Positions 51,715-64,000 of a stretch of DNA of 64,000 nt are shown piece after piece; the first letter of the stretch is position 1; the number at the start of each line of letters is the position of its first letter. Position numbers and translations under genes: made by a program. The notes under the pieces were generated by a model. The model was not told where the DNA came from. It was given only the letters and a program-made list of their open reading frames with translations, and searched no databases. Origin of the DNA: Mobula hypostoma (lineage: Eukaryota); assembly GCF_963921235.1 (NCBI RefSeq), contig NC_086105.1, positions 39,804,001 to 39,868,000 of the forward strand, given 5' to 3'.

Positions 51715-51830
51715 TGCAGAACCAAAAATCTGCAGATGCTGGACATCTGACACAAAAACAGAAAATGTGAGAAATAGCCAGTGGGTCAGTCCACATCTAT
51801 GGAGAGTGAAATAAATTTAAAGTTTTATGT
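51715..51830 (-). mobile_element. Penelope terminal-repeat fragment (similar ones at ~39460, ~40775 and ~55190)
   Basis: ctgcagatgctgg...cagcatct motifs. Confidence 0.6.
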
Positions 51831-52164
51831 CAGTAATCTTTATTTAGGCCGAGTCGATAACCTGTTTGTAAAAGCATGTATGCATATATATATGAATAAT
51901 AGAAAAGGAGACTAACGGATGCATTGGCATCATTAAAAAGCAATGAAAAACAAACCCTTTTGTATTCAGAATATTGCTCCTCTATTCCAAACATTGGAAG
52001 ACCATAAAAATTCTGGGAAGTTACAGACAGTCCTGAACTTTTCAATTTCCCACCATGGGAAAGATTAAGGAGAGAGCCAAAGAGCAGGCCATAATTTGCT
52101 TGCTGAACTACATGTCTTGATTTTAAAGACTAAATCATGTACCTTAAAGTTAAATTAAAACAAA

Positions 52165-52670
52165 AGAGACTATCAGCTAAAACAAGAGAGACTAACTTCT
52201 TCAGCTCATAAAGATGAAGATGGACAATATTTCAACGGGACAACAGCCAGAGTCTTGAGTCAAGCAAGAACAAGAATTTCTCGAAGCGTGGTTCTCTACA
52301 GACGGATGTATCAACAAACACATTGACATAGAGCTGGTATATGAACCCTTATAGAGAAAAGAGAAATGTCAAATATCAATGAATCGCCAGTAATCTTGAG
52401 ATCTGGACAGCGAAGCAAACACTTCCAATGGCCCTCCCTTGAGCCTAGCCAATCAGAATCTTCTATTGTTAAACTGTTCACAATGTTCTGAACCAGTCAA
52501 CCCGATCACGAAGTCTAATTAATATCCATTGGGACCTGGGAGGAGCATATAAGCTGATGTTCTGAAGAGACAACACCCTCAACTGCGCTCTGATGATGGC
52601 TTCTCAACTGGAGCCGAAATGTCTGCAAACATTTAGCCAAGCTCTGTGATCTACCAAACTTCCACAAGAG
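52165..52670 (+). mobile_element. Penelope (Poseidon-type) GIY-YIG C-terminus and terminal repeat
   Basis: EFLEAWFSTDGCINKHIDIELVYEPL, followed by a hammerhead motif. Confidence 0.8.
52587..52626 (+). ncRNA. Minimal type I hammerhead ribozyme motif
   Basis: CTGATGA(T), stem II GGCTTC/GGAGCC, GAAA, TG, TC; stem I weak. Confidence 0.6.
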
Positions 52671-53344
52671 AAAGTAGTTGGAGGGACAAGCGCAGAGTAC
52701 AAGTGCAAACACACAAAGTTTGAGTACTACAGTGCTGTGTTGGCACAAAAGGAAAAAAGCTGCAGCTTCATAAGCTGCATTGGGGTTACCTACGAAGGCA
52801 TTTGAATCATTCATATTCTACATGGCCTGGAAGGAGATGCTTATGAAGGCCAATGCTACCTTTGAGCTGGAGGAGTGTACTGATAATGCGCAGGCATTGA
52901 ATGTGCAACGTTACTTCCAGAGATCTGCTCTGGAATATATTACACACACGCTAATAACTTCACAGAAACTAAAGTTATCTGTTTGTAATGGTAGCCCAGA
53001 GTTTTGAAGAATACTTTAACCTACGGCTGAATGAAGTAGCAGAGACCTATAAAATTCAGTGCATAGATTGAAAGCTGGAAGAAACTATCAGTAATTATAT
53101 GATCATATTCAAAATCTTGTCATGGTATTGTATTTTTGGATCATGAATTCAGAGACAGGTTTATATGTGTTCTAAGTGCATAAAGGATTGAATTGAAGGT
53201 GTTTTGCACAATAAAAGCTTTACTGGATTTTGTATGTTTAATTGTGATGGAGTTGAAATGTAATTGCAATAGAGAAAGCAGCGATGAATTCTAGGCATTT
53301 CTTCCGTAGTATTTTCCTCTTGATCCCCTTTTTCCTGCTTTACC

Positions 53345-54202
53345 AGAATCAGCATCAGGTCTATAATCACTGACATGTGTCCTGAAATTTGTTGTTTTGC
53401 AACAGCAGTAGAATTATCATAGGTTACAAAAATGGATAAATATCACAAAAAGGGGAATGATAGACCATTCAGAAATCTGATGGCAGAGGGGAAGAAGCTG
53501 TCCTTAAAACATTGAGTGTGGGTCTTTGGGATCCCGTACCTCCTCCCAAATGAAGAAGGCATGTCCTGGAATGTGAGGGTCCTTAACAATGAATGCTAAC
53601 ACCTTGAGGCACAGCCTTTTGAAGATGTCTTTGATGACCAGGAAGGTTATGCTGATAATGGAACTAGCTGAGTCTATGACTCTCTGCAGTTTCTTGCGAT
53701 TCTGCGCTTTGGAGTAGGCTGTGATGCAATGTCAGAATGCGGTCCACCATACATCTGTAGAAGTCTGCACAAATCTTTGGTGACACACCAAATCTTCTCA
53801 AACTCCTAATGAGGAGGAGCCACTGCCCTGTCTTCGTGATTATATCAATAAATTCTCTGAGGTGTTGATGCTCAGGAACTTAAAGCTACTCACCCTTTCC
53901 ACCACTGACCCCTCAATGACAACTGGTGTGTGCTCTCCTGACTTCCCCTTCCTGATGTCCACAATCAGTTCCTTGATCTTGCTGACATTGAGAGGGAGGT
54001 TGTAGTTATAAAACTTCTCAACTTGCTGACTTATCTCACTCCTGTATGCCTTCTTGTCTCTATATGAGATGCTGCCAATAGCAGTAGTGTCATCAGCGAA
54101 TTTATAGATTGTGTTTGAACTGTGCCTAGCCACATAGTTGTGAGCGTAACAGAGTATAGCAGTGGCTAAGCACACATCCTTGAGGTGTACCTGTGTTGAT
54201 TG
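53345..54202 (-). mobile_element. Rex1/Babar LINE fragment
   Basis: IYKFADDTT, LNVSKIKELIVDIRK, VERVSSFKFL; tail atcagaatcagg-like. Confidence 0.88.
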
Positions 54203-56247
54203 GTCTTACTACAGTTTCTGGGATGCCACTGATGCTTAATAAGTAGTTAAAGATTTTGTTGGGGGTGGGGGGAGTGGGGAAGGATATCTCTTCATTTCAC
54301 TTTTTGAGGCTAGCCGTATGGAACTTGAGTTCAAAAAGGCATGGTAATGTGTACATTTGCAAGTTTTGCAGTCAGATTTACTTTTCAATATGAGGTCAAA
54401 GTGATAAAGCTCATGCAATAGTTATCACAGTCTCTTAATACCTCCTACTTTGGGATAATTTGTGGCAAAAATTTACATTTTCAGCCATTTGTTGTTACAT
54501 GCTAATATGCCTTTATCTTATGACAACAGTAATCATGTATTAGCTAAAGGTTGAACTTGCAGTGAGACGTTGTTTGTAATAATTCATGAACCAGAGCATG
54601 CTGGCATGTTTTATATATTTATTGCCTTTGAAATATTTAAATTATAATATAAAGTTCTGATATTAACAACTTATCCTAAACTGTTCTGATAGGCATTCAC
54701 AGTATGAAAAGTCTCAATTTTCTTCTGAATATTAGTGAATAATTACCCTTTCATAATTAACATAGTTTCATGAATAAGTTATTACAAAAATTCCAATAAT
54801 CCAGCATACATGTGGATTGGCAGATTTTCCAGAATATTAGATGTTAATTTGTCAACATAAGTACTGTACTTCATTTTTATTTTAGACATTACTTAGTATT
54901 ATTAATTTTCCTGTGTTTAATTTTCCTGGCTGTTCAACAATTATTCCGTAGCCATTGTGCTGAATATCTTTTCCCTGGATACTAGCAATCACGTTTCCAT
55001 AATTTATTATTCAATGTTTGAATATGACTGAAGCCAGTCTATGTGTTGTCTGTGTTGCCGTGGATCAGCATATTAACGATAGAGAGGAGGGGTCATAGAA
55101 GAACAACTTTAAGGCATTGGAGGTGACTGTGCTAGAGACAGGGATTCCAGTAACTGAAAAACATGAAAACTACGGCAATCTGAAATTTAAAGATAAACCT
55201 GGAGATTCTTGGTGATGCTCAGCAAGTCAGGCAGCATCTGTGGAGAAAGAATCAGTGTTAATGTTTCAGGGTGATGACCTTTCAATAGAAATATTACAAA
55301 TCCAAACTATTTTATGTTGGGGGGGTGGAGAAAACAAAGTGAATGTAATATAGGGTGGAAACAGGAGAGATTGAATGATGTGGTGTCCTTGAGGACTTAC
55401 AGTAATATTCACAGATAATCCACCTGGTTAATAGAGGGTGAAGGGAAACAAAGCAGGCTCTGGCTGATCAAAGCTGAGCCCATGGGATACTGAGTGGGAA
55501 AAGCAAAACTCTACAACTGCCAGCAGCCTGGAAGGAAAACAGAATGCTGGATATCTTCAAGAGAATGGCATAGGTCTAAACTACGTCTGTCTTTTTCTTT
55601 TTGCTCTCTTAATCCTTGATCCACTCTTACATCTCCATTCAGAACTGTATTTCTGCTTCTTCCTGCACTCTTAGAGAACTTGAAGGTTTCACCACCTTGC
55701 TTGCCAGCTTCCATCCTGCTCTCATTTTTATGAGGTTCATTCCTGACTCTTCCCTCCTTCTTCTCAACTTGTCCAACTCTGTCTTGAGTGTTGTCAGTGA
55801 ATAATATCTATTACAGGACAAAACCTCCCCTCTGTCTCCATTCTTCTTTTTACCTCTGTCTGTCTGTTGTCCATTGATGTGCTACTTACATAGATCCACC
55901 ACCCGCAGACAGCAAGTTGTCACAGTTAATAGCTTGCATTCCTATTCTATTCATTAAAATCTCTTTTCCAAGAAGATTGGTGAGGTTGTTAATTCAACAG
56001 CACCTTAGAAGTAACTTGTATGGGTCCAGAATTACTATTCATTCCATCTTGGTAGAATTTCACTGGGCAAATGCTGTGGAATATATGAAAGCATTCAGTA
56101 ATTATTTACTTTGTTTATTTGGCAGTTTAAAATAACAAAATCAAAGCTGTGATGGGTAGAAATATGAAATTATAATTTGTTTGAACATAAGAGAATGCAC
56201 CCATTTTAAATAATGATAATTGAGATTAATAATAGTACTTTTCTCAT

Positions 56248-58715
56248 AAGATTCAAGACTGTTTAATGTCATTTCCTGTATACAAGTGTAAGGAAAATGA
56301 AATAATTGTTACTCCAGATCTGATTCCTACAACATCTGATGAGGTATTGGTGTACAAGAATCACTCTATCTTTTAACAACCAAAACAAAACAACCACCAT
56401 TATCAGAATAAATTGAGATATTTTCCAGGGCAACTCTCTAAGCCCACTATAGTTTTGTCCAGCTTTAAATCTGCTCTCTAATTTACTGAATCAAATCGGA
56501 GACAACCAAGTGAATTATACCTTGACACATCTTCTATACATGGATAATTTTAAATTATATGCTCCATCATCAGTAAAGCTAAAACAATTAATTTAAATAG
56601 TAGAACTATTTTTAAAAAGTATAAACATGAACTTTGGACTAGATAACTGCAGAACATTAAACATAAAAAAAGGTGCTGTAGAGCTAGTAGAATTTAAAAC
56701 AGAGCAGCTGGATGCAACACAATCGATGGATGAATATGAAACATTTAAGTTTCTGGGATATCAACAATCAAAGAAAATAGATCATTGTGCACTAAAGGGA
56801 AAACTTTTGACAGAATTTACTTCAAGGCTTAAGAAAATCTGTCAGAGGTCAATAGTAAAAATATAACACAGCCAATTAACACTTTCGCTGTACTCATATT
56901 AATGTATTCTTTTTTATATAATATCTTGGTCTGAAATTGATCTGGAAAATATACAAAGAAAAATAGGAACTGAAATGATAAATTTTAGAAAACACCATGA
57001 ACATTCAAACACACTTCAATTAACACTACATAGGACAGAAGGAGGAAGAAGAATAACAGACATTAAAAATTTACACAACAGTCAGCTAAAAACTACTAAG
57101 GATATATTTTCATCAATGAAAATGAAAATTTCAGCACTCCACAAGACCATATGCAATTCTGATAAGAAGTACACACCACTAAACTTAAATGAAAGCACAA
57201 TCCTAAAAAATGAAGAAATTAACACTACAGAAGAAAAAGTTAATATTGGAAGAGCATGGCCTCTATGGAAGACATTCCCATGATCTGAGCAGAGGCGATA
57301 TTGACAATGAAACATCAAACACCTGGCTCAGAGTAGGAGACCTCTTCCCAGGGGTTTCTCGTAACAATACAGGACCAGGTGGTTAACACAAAAAGTCATC
57401 AAAAATACAAAATAAAAGACCACCAAATTCAAGACAATAAATGCCAAGAGAAATCAGAAACAATCCAACACATTACAGAAACTTGCAGCAGTTTACCTCA
57501 ATCTGATTACTTCCACAGGCACAGTCGAGTGGCAAACATCATTCACCATAAACGACACCATACCTTACTATAAATACAAGCCTGATCCAGTTTTAGAATC
57601 AGATTCCTACAAATTATATTACAACCGATCCATTATTACAGAGAGGACAATTTATAATAACTGTCCAGACATAATACTGCAGCGTAAACAAGCAGGATTA
57701 ACTTAATAAATATAGCTGTTTCAAATACACATAACGTACAGAAATAAATAAGTTTACAACACTAGAAATATGCTGAACTAAAAGAGGAAACTGAAAGATT
57801 TTGGAATATGTACAGGGTATACATTGTCCTGATAGTAATATCTGTAACTGGCATCATCCCAAAGGCAATAGCATTAAACAATTAGGGCTACATGGTAATA
57901 TCTATGTAAATCTCTGGAAAGCTACAATATTAAACACCACTAGAATAGTCTGAAAGTTCTGAGTGATTGAGAGATGAGTGTGCATGACTAAGCCCATACC
58001 TCAGGTTTTGCCCGCTTGAACTGAGTAAAAATAAAAATATTCATAAAGCACAAAATAAATATAAATACATAAAATAGCTTATATATATAGATTGATTCTG
58101 TGTGCGTTAAGTGACACTAGACCGTACATTATGTGACTGATGGGAAATAATAAAGGAGAGGTGGAGTTAGTGGGTGAAGGTGTTGATCAACTTTACTGGT
58201 TGGGAAAAGTAACAGTTTAAGCATCCGGTGCTCCTGCCATGGATGCTACATAGACCCCTCCTAATGGGAGTGTGACAGACAGTTCATGAACAGACTGTGT
58301 GGGAGCCTTCACGATGTTGGCTCCCTTTTCCGGCTCCTTTCTGCATATATGTCCTTGACGACAGATAGGCTGGTACCAGTGATACGTTGGGCAGTTTTGA
58401 CAGCCCGTTGTAGAGCCTCCCTGTCTGCCGCTGTGCAGTTTCCACACCAAGCAGCGACACAGCTTGTTAGGATGCTCTCTACTGTACATCTGTAGGATAA
58501 CGTGAATATTGATGTGCAAAGCCCAGCTCTCTTCAGTCTCCTCAGCTTCCTTGATGAGTTGTTGAGCTTTTTTGATTGTGTAGACTGTGTTCTGGGACCA
58601 TGAGCGGTTTGTGATGCGCACTCCCTGGCGTCTGAAACTGCTTGCACTGCTGTGTCGCCGATGTAAAGTGGTCTGTGAGTGGTGCGAGTTTCCTGAATTC
58701 CTGAAGGTGAATCCA
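56248..58715 (-). mobile_element. Rex1/Babar LINE 3' part (56248-56326 and 58041-58715) split by an R4 element
   Basis: YRCTVESILTSCVAAWCGNCTAADREALQRAVKTAQRI; 3' UTR on both sides of the insert. Confidence 0.85.
56327..58040 (+). mobile_element. R4/Dong-clade non-LTR retrotransposon (RT, CCHC knuckle, restriction-like endonuclease), decayed
   Basis: IFQGNSLSPL, HLLYMDNFKLYA, MNFGLDNC, FKFLGY, INTFAV, LHRTEGGR, IQDQVVNT, ETIQHITETC, RHSRVANIIH, TIYNNCPDII. Confidence 0.9.
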
Positions 58716-61700
58716 GAGATATGCAATTTGTATGCTTACAAGAGCGTGATCTTTTTGACAGGAGTAATGGGCAGACTGATAAGTAATGTTAGTAGGTTGT
58801 GTTCTGTGTCCGGTAAAAAGTTTGCTAATATCAGTGATTATCTAGGCATCTAAATTTTAAAAAAGGTTGAAAAGTTGAACAAAATTGTATTGACCTGAAG
58901 GTATAATTTATTTATTGCATATTGATTTATATTAGTAAAATTTTCTTCAATTTTTGCATTAAATGGAAATACAAAAAGTGTAAAAACTTGTAGGAATAAT
59001 TTTCTGTAAATTTGTCACACTGATTAAGGAAATTATTGTTCAGTGCAATAAAAGCAGACATTTACCATTCCCTTCTCCCTAAGGAGAGGGAAAATCAAAT
59101 ATATAGCAACATTTATTTCACATTTTAAAATTACAAATATCATCTATATGACATTCACATAATTGGCAATGTGTCACCATCTAGTGTGGTCTTAGGGTTT
59201 GACATAAGCTGATACTTTTGGAGTATTTGAATTACCATATTCAGACCATCAGTAAGCTGTGTACCTCTCTGCATTATTACAAATCCTTAATAGCAATGTT
59301 TCACAGCAGATCATTCAGTCAAAATAGATTAAATTAACTAAGTATATCAGTAAATATTATCGGACAAAACCACAATTTTAGAGCCAAAGTCTAATTACTT
59401 TCATAATTACCCTGTGGAAATTACAAATATTAATGAAGAAAATGTTTTAAATAATCTCTTTATGAAAAATGCTACTGAAGCTGTTAGACCCTCTTAAATT
59501 GGATTCAGTGTTTTAAAAATCTATTTATTTAGTTAAGGTTGTTTGAGAGTTAGGGTTGTAAATACATATACTTAATCTCACAGCAATGTGAATATCATTG
59601 CATAAATCCAGGGGCTGATTCAGAAAAATAATGTGAATTATTTTTAACGATGTAGTATCCAGTATAAATGAGTTTAAACGTTTTCAATTTCAATCAGAGG
59701 TTGAACAACTGCTGAATCAGAATGAATGAACTGAACCAAACTTGATGTTTAAATTCTACAGTAAGTTTTATATTACAATGACACTTACCCTTATAATATG
59801 GAACATAATTATAGACTGTGAAACTAACATAATTAGTCACTGAAATAAAGAGAGAGCACGGCACTATGATAAGGGGAATGAAATTGTAATAGGTTCGCAA
59901 TAATTGAAAGGAATAGCATAGAAATTATGGGAATGGCAGTGTAATCTCTTGAGATGATCTCAGAGCTTTATTTAATCACCGGAATAATACTGCTTAATCA
60001 CTGACTAAAGTATCACTTAAAGCCAGTTTGAACACAGCTTTCTGTTCTGGTATGATTGTGCCACACTAATACAACATACATAAAATTAATTCCTCAAACA
60101 ACTTTTCATGACTCTATTTCTGCAGTCTGAAACTCTCGTGGCCCTGTTTTAATCTGAAATTTCTCAATCATCTGAATATATTCCACGAGTGTGACTTTGA
60201 TAATATTCCCACCTGCTTAAGTGATTGTTCTGTATGGGGCATACATGGATTTTTAATTATTTTTGAAAATGACTCATTTGCATCACAGCTAAGGCTGTAC
60301 TGTTAAAAAAAAATAGAACAACATCTCTTGATGGAACCAAACATTTGTATCTATTAGTATAATTCTGGGCCAGAATTTAAATTAATAATTTAGCTGTAAA
60401 TGTCAGTGATGTACATCTGTGAGCTTTGTGGAGTATTTTTATGATCCAGATTGAGATGCAAGGTCATATTGAATATTTTAAGCCTGAGTAATAGAGGCAT
60501 TGCTGAGAAAGTTATTTCATGGAGATTGACTGAGATTGATGGTAGGCAGATGGTTTGTTGTCCATAATTTGCCATTTTGTGGGTTGAATTTTCATTTCGA
60601 ATTCCAACTTTCAGTAGGGTTATTATGGTGGAAGTGCCTGTGGTGCAAATGCATGAAAATGGTTGCATATGTTAAGGACAAATTAAATTGACCTTATTTA
60701 CCCCATTTGTTGGTCTCAAACACTTCATTTGTTGGTTTAGTGATATAGATAAAGATGAGAGGGAATGATATAACTTGATTAAATGTATGCTGCATTGTCC
60801 TTCATTTTAGATGGTGAGGGTTGTAGTAAACTGTTGGCCAATAGTTTATTAAGGACTGGTGGGGCCATCTGACCACTTGCTCTGTTCATGGACTTGTCAG
60901 AGAGTCTTGGGGCTGGATTGTGCATTGTAAGTTATACTGAGGTGAAGGAACAGATACCCTTTGTATCTGTGGGACTAGATGGCACATTCATTTGAATTTG
61001 GATGCTATTTTGAATTCACACGCTAAGGTTAATTAGTTTTATTTTGTTCATTTTATATATATCTCTACATATTAATGAACAGAATTTTGATATTTCAACA
61101 TTTTTTTTCCTCAACACATTTTAAATGTGAGGTTATCAGCAGATATCCCAGCAGCTTCTTCCAAGGCGTTTAGCACAACTCTGCACAGCCACAGGGTCTT
61201 TCAGTTATAACTACACCACATGGTGGGATCTGAGCAAGCTCTGCAGATCTCAGATGCTGTGACAACTCATGCTAGCTTAACCTGCTATCAAAGCTTTCTG
61301 ACAGATTGAATCCTTATGAAAGTCACTGACATTCAGAGACTTTGAAAAGCTATTGAAAATTAATTTTGGTATTCATCGTTTGAAAATTCATAAATTTTTC
61401 AAGTCTGTTTTTGTGTTTTAGTAAAATAATGAAGAACAATTGTTAATGTAATTCACCCAAAGAAATATAAGTTACTTGTTACTTGCCTCTCCTCATGTTG
61501 AAATAGATGGTATTGCTTGATCCATGCCTGGAAACCAGCATTGGCTCAGCAAGTAGATTTCCCAGTGCCCCTCTGGATGAACTACACAGTGGTGCTTTAC
61601 CACTGGATTTCATGAGGAAGGCAGTCAGAAACACCTCAGGAAATATTGGATTTCCAATTCCGCGTGCACTTGAATGATGGTCCTGATATTCCTCATTGTT

Positions 61701-63414
61701 ATGGGAGAAGATTCTGTGCTATTACTGTAGGACTAATTCTGGCAGATGCCTTTAGGTATTAAAGCAAATGGTCCAAGTACTTTTAATACCATACATTAAA
61801 ACTGCTTCAAATTGATATTTCACTTAATAACCATCTCAAATCAATATGTTGTGCTTGAATTATATCTTCTTTTATTTCTGAAAAATTTATAAACTTATCC
61901 CCACATCTTGCACTACCAGCTATATTTGGGTTGAAAGGCAAAAGGGTCATTTGTTGCTAGGTCTGAACTAGTACTCTTCTTGTTGGCTTGGAGGCCATTG
62001 GTGATGTTCCCTTGATTAGACTCCTGTGAAAGAGCTCGGCTCTTGCATTTCCTGTGAAATGATTTTACCAAGACGAGGGAGTTAGCAGATTAGAATACTA
62101 AACCTGTATCTTATTTATTTTTAGCTTTGATTTGTAGAGGTTTGGTTTATAAATATAACTGCATGATAAAACAGAGTGGAGTTTTAAAGTCTTTCCCTCT
62201 GGGTGCATCCATGTGTTTCCATTTAGTGTCGCACAACTGAGTTGCCTTTCAAGCATTATTTTCCAGAATGCATTATGATTTAAAATACAATTGTCTAGAA
62301 ATGTCATTGATTAGTATTTGTTTATTAGTTGCTAACTGCCCAAAATTTGATTTTATATACCTTGAGTAGGTTGCCTTCTTAATAATTTCCAGAACTGCAA
62401 CCATTGCAAAATTTGACTAGATATTTCTGGGAGGGTGAGTGATTCATGCCAGCTCGGTAGATCTTTAGATCTTGTGACATCATACATTTGGCACTGCACT
62501 GCAGATCAACTACCTTTTGAAATTGGACATCTGATAATGAAGAAATGGCTGGTCTATCACAGTCATGGGACCACAAGAAGCAAAGCTTACTGAAGGTGAC
62601 CAATGAGAAGTGATTTCCACCATCTTCACTGTGGTGTTGTTTACAATGCTCAAGATATGTTTTCTACAGCAATTGCAGTCTTGTTAGTTTCTACAGGTGT
62701 TATAATCTCTGCAGCACTGAACATCCTGCATCTTGTAGTGGCAGGGACCTTTCACAGAGTCGGGCTGATCATGAAGAAGCTTACATGAAGAAATGGCCAC
62801 ACACATAGGATTTTGGATTTACCCTTTGTCATGTTTTCCACTCACCATGGTAGTCTTTCATCCAGTGGTCTCTGGCTACCATGGGAAAATCCTTTAAGGT
62901 TTGATGATCTTCACTATCATCAGCATCAACATTGTTGGAGCAAAATAACTTTCATGCAGCATTTGTGGAAACGTGAAACTTAAACCACTTGACTTCTTCT
63001 GAGGTAGGAAATAAAAACAAATATTAAAAGATTAGCCTTGTATCAAAGGTACACACATCAGAATTAGCTTTACATGCAATAACAGTTTTAGTCAATTTCT
63101 AAGTAAGTGCTTTAGAGAATAGCATCTCTAACATTGCAATCTCTTTGGATCCAAAAATAGTTTGTAATTAATATGACAACAGGATATTTGAAGAAATGTT
63201 GGATTGAAGTAATAGGTTTCCTAAGCACCCAAGTCAGAAAAAATTACTAAAACATTTAACTGAATTGTTTGATTCTCCAAATGGGTGTGTCACATCCATG
63301 TTGAAGTATAACTAATTATAACTTTCCTTTTTCTGACCATATTAGATAATTTATGTGTAATTAAAAGTGACATCAACAAATTAATACTTTCAGGAAGTGC
63401 CGTGCAACTCTAAT

Positions 63415-63935
63415 TCATAGAAGAGGCAGGAGATCATTTGGTCGATCAAATCTGCACTAGCATACTTGAAGAGTTAATCTTTCTCCACCGCTCTTTCCCT
63501 ATTTTTATGGAAGTTTCTTCTCCTTTCTAATTCTCTTTTTGAAGATTATTTTGAATATGTTTCTAAAACTCAACACATTCTGGATCAATCATTGTTTGCT
63601 AATGAATTTTTTTTTCATTGTCCTGATCTCTTGCTTGTAACTTTAAATCTGTGCCCTTTGCAAATCAGCATTTCAGCTATTGGCATCTTTTCCCTTCACT
63701 TTATCATAATCTTGCATCCTTCTATTAAATCCTTTCTTGTCTTTCTTTGCTTTGTGGAGTACAAGGGAATCTTCTGAAGCCTGTTGTAGAACAAGAACAC
63801 ATACTAAAGCCCTTCCAATAAATTACATATGTAACCCTTTCAAATCGTCAAACTGTTCATGCCCTTCTTAAAACATAGTGCCAAGAACCTCCAAGACTTC
63901 AAATAGGACCAAACTTGTGCTTTATATAGATTAAT
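63415..63935 (-). mobile_element. Old CR1 3' fragment
   Basis: catagaagaggcaggagatcatttggtc tail and degenerate ORF2 3' motifs. Confidence 0.55.
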
Positions 63936-64000
63936 TTACTGTGTTTTATACTCTTATGATTAGGATATTTAATGACCTATCGCCTCATTTAATGATTTGT

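Noticed and set aside
62539-62562. gaagaaatggctggtctatcacag, resembling the end of PTPRZ1 exon 2
   Set aside because: It needs several indels to read EEIGWSYT, the upstream YYRQQRK is absent, and there is no good donor.
62846-62885. Inverted repeat CCATGGTAG...CTACCATGG as a miRNA-like hairpin
   Set aside because: The stem is too short for a pre-miRNA.
1-64000. CRISPR arrays, operons, tRNA or rRNA genes
   Set aside because: None seen; the sequence is eukaryotic and dominated by transposon remnants.

Overview
Repeat-rich vertebrate genomic DNA, not prokaryotic. The repeat repertoire (CR1/HER1-type LINEs, Rex1/Babar LINEs, shark-type Penelope fragments) points to a cartilaginous fish, probably a ray; that assignment is inference. 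The only host-gene signal I can support is a CpG-rich promoter/5' UTR (~24.1-26.4 kb) with a 52-bp signal-peptide first coding exon (25439-25490, +, MQPYSRWVLALLCICQV, phase-1 GTGAGT donor) resembling PTPRZ1 exon 1. I found no exon 2, so the rest of the window is probably intron 1. Everything else is decayed and often nested transposons: CR1, Rex1/Babar, RTE and RTE-derived bipartite non-autonomous elements, Penelope-like elements, a chromodomain Gypsy with a CpG-decayed TSD, solo LTRs, Tc1/Tigger MITEs, and two R4/Dong-clade LINEs. Nearly all listed ORFs are TE fragments or chance ORFs. The most interesting observations are: (i) both R4/Dong copies sit antisense in the TAA-rich 3' UTR of Rex1-type LINEs; (ii) remnants or candidates of three self-cleaving ribozyme classes (twister, HDV-like, hammerhead) at retroelement ends; (iii) a sense solo LTR with hairpin-embedded splice donors in the putative intron 1; (iv) a 101-bp near-identical local duplication. 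I cannot claim a wholly new biological system. Repeat boundaries are by eye and approximate unless a TSD is quoted.
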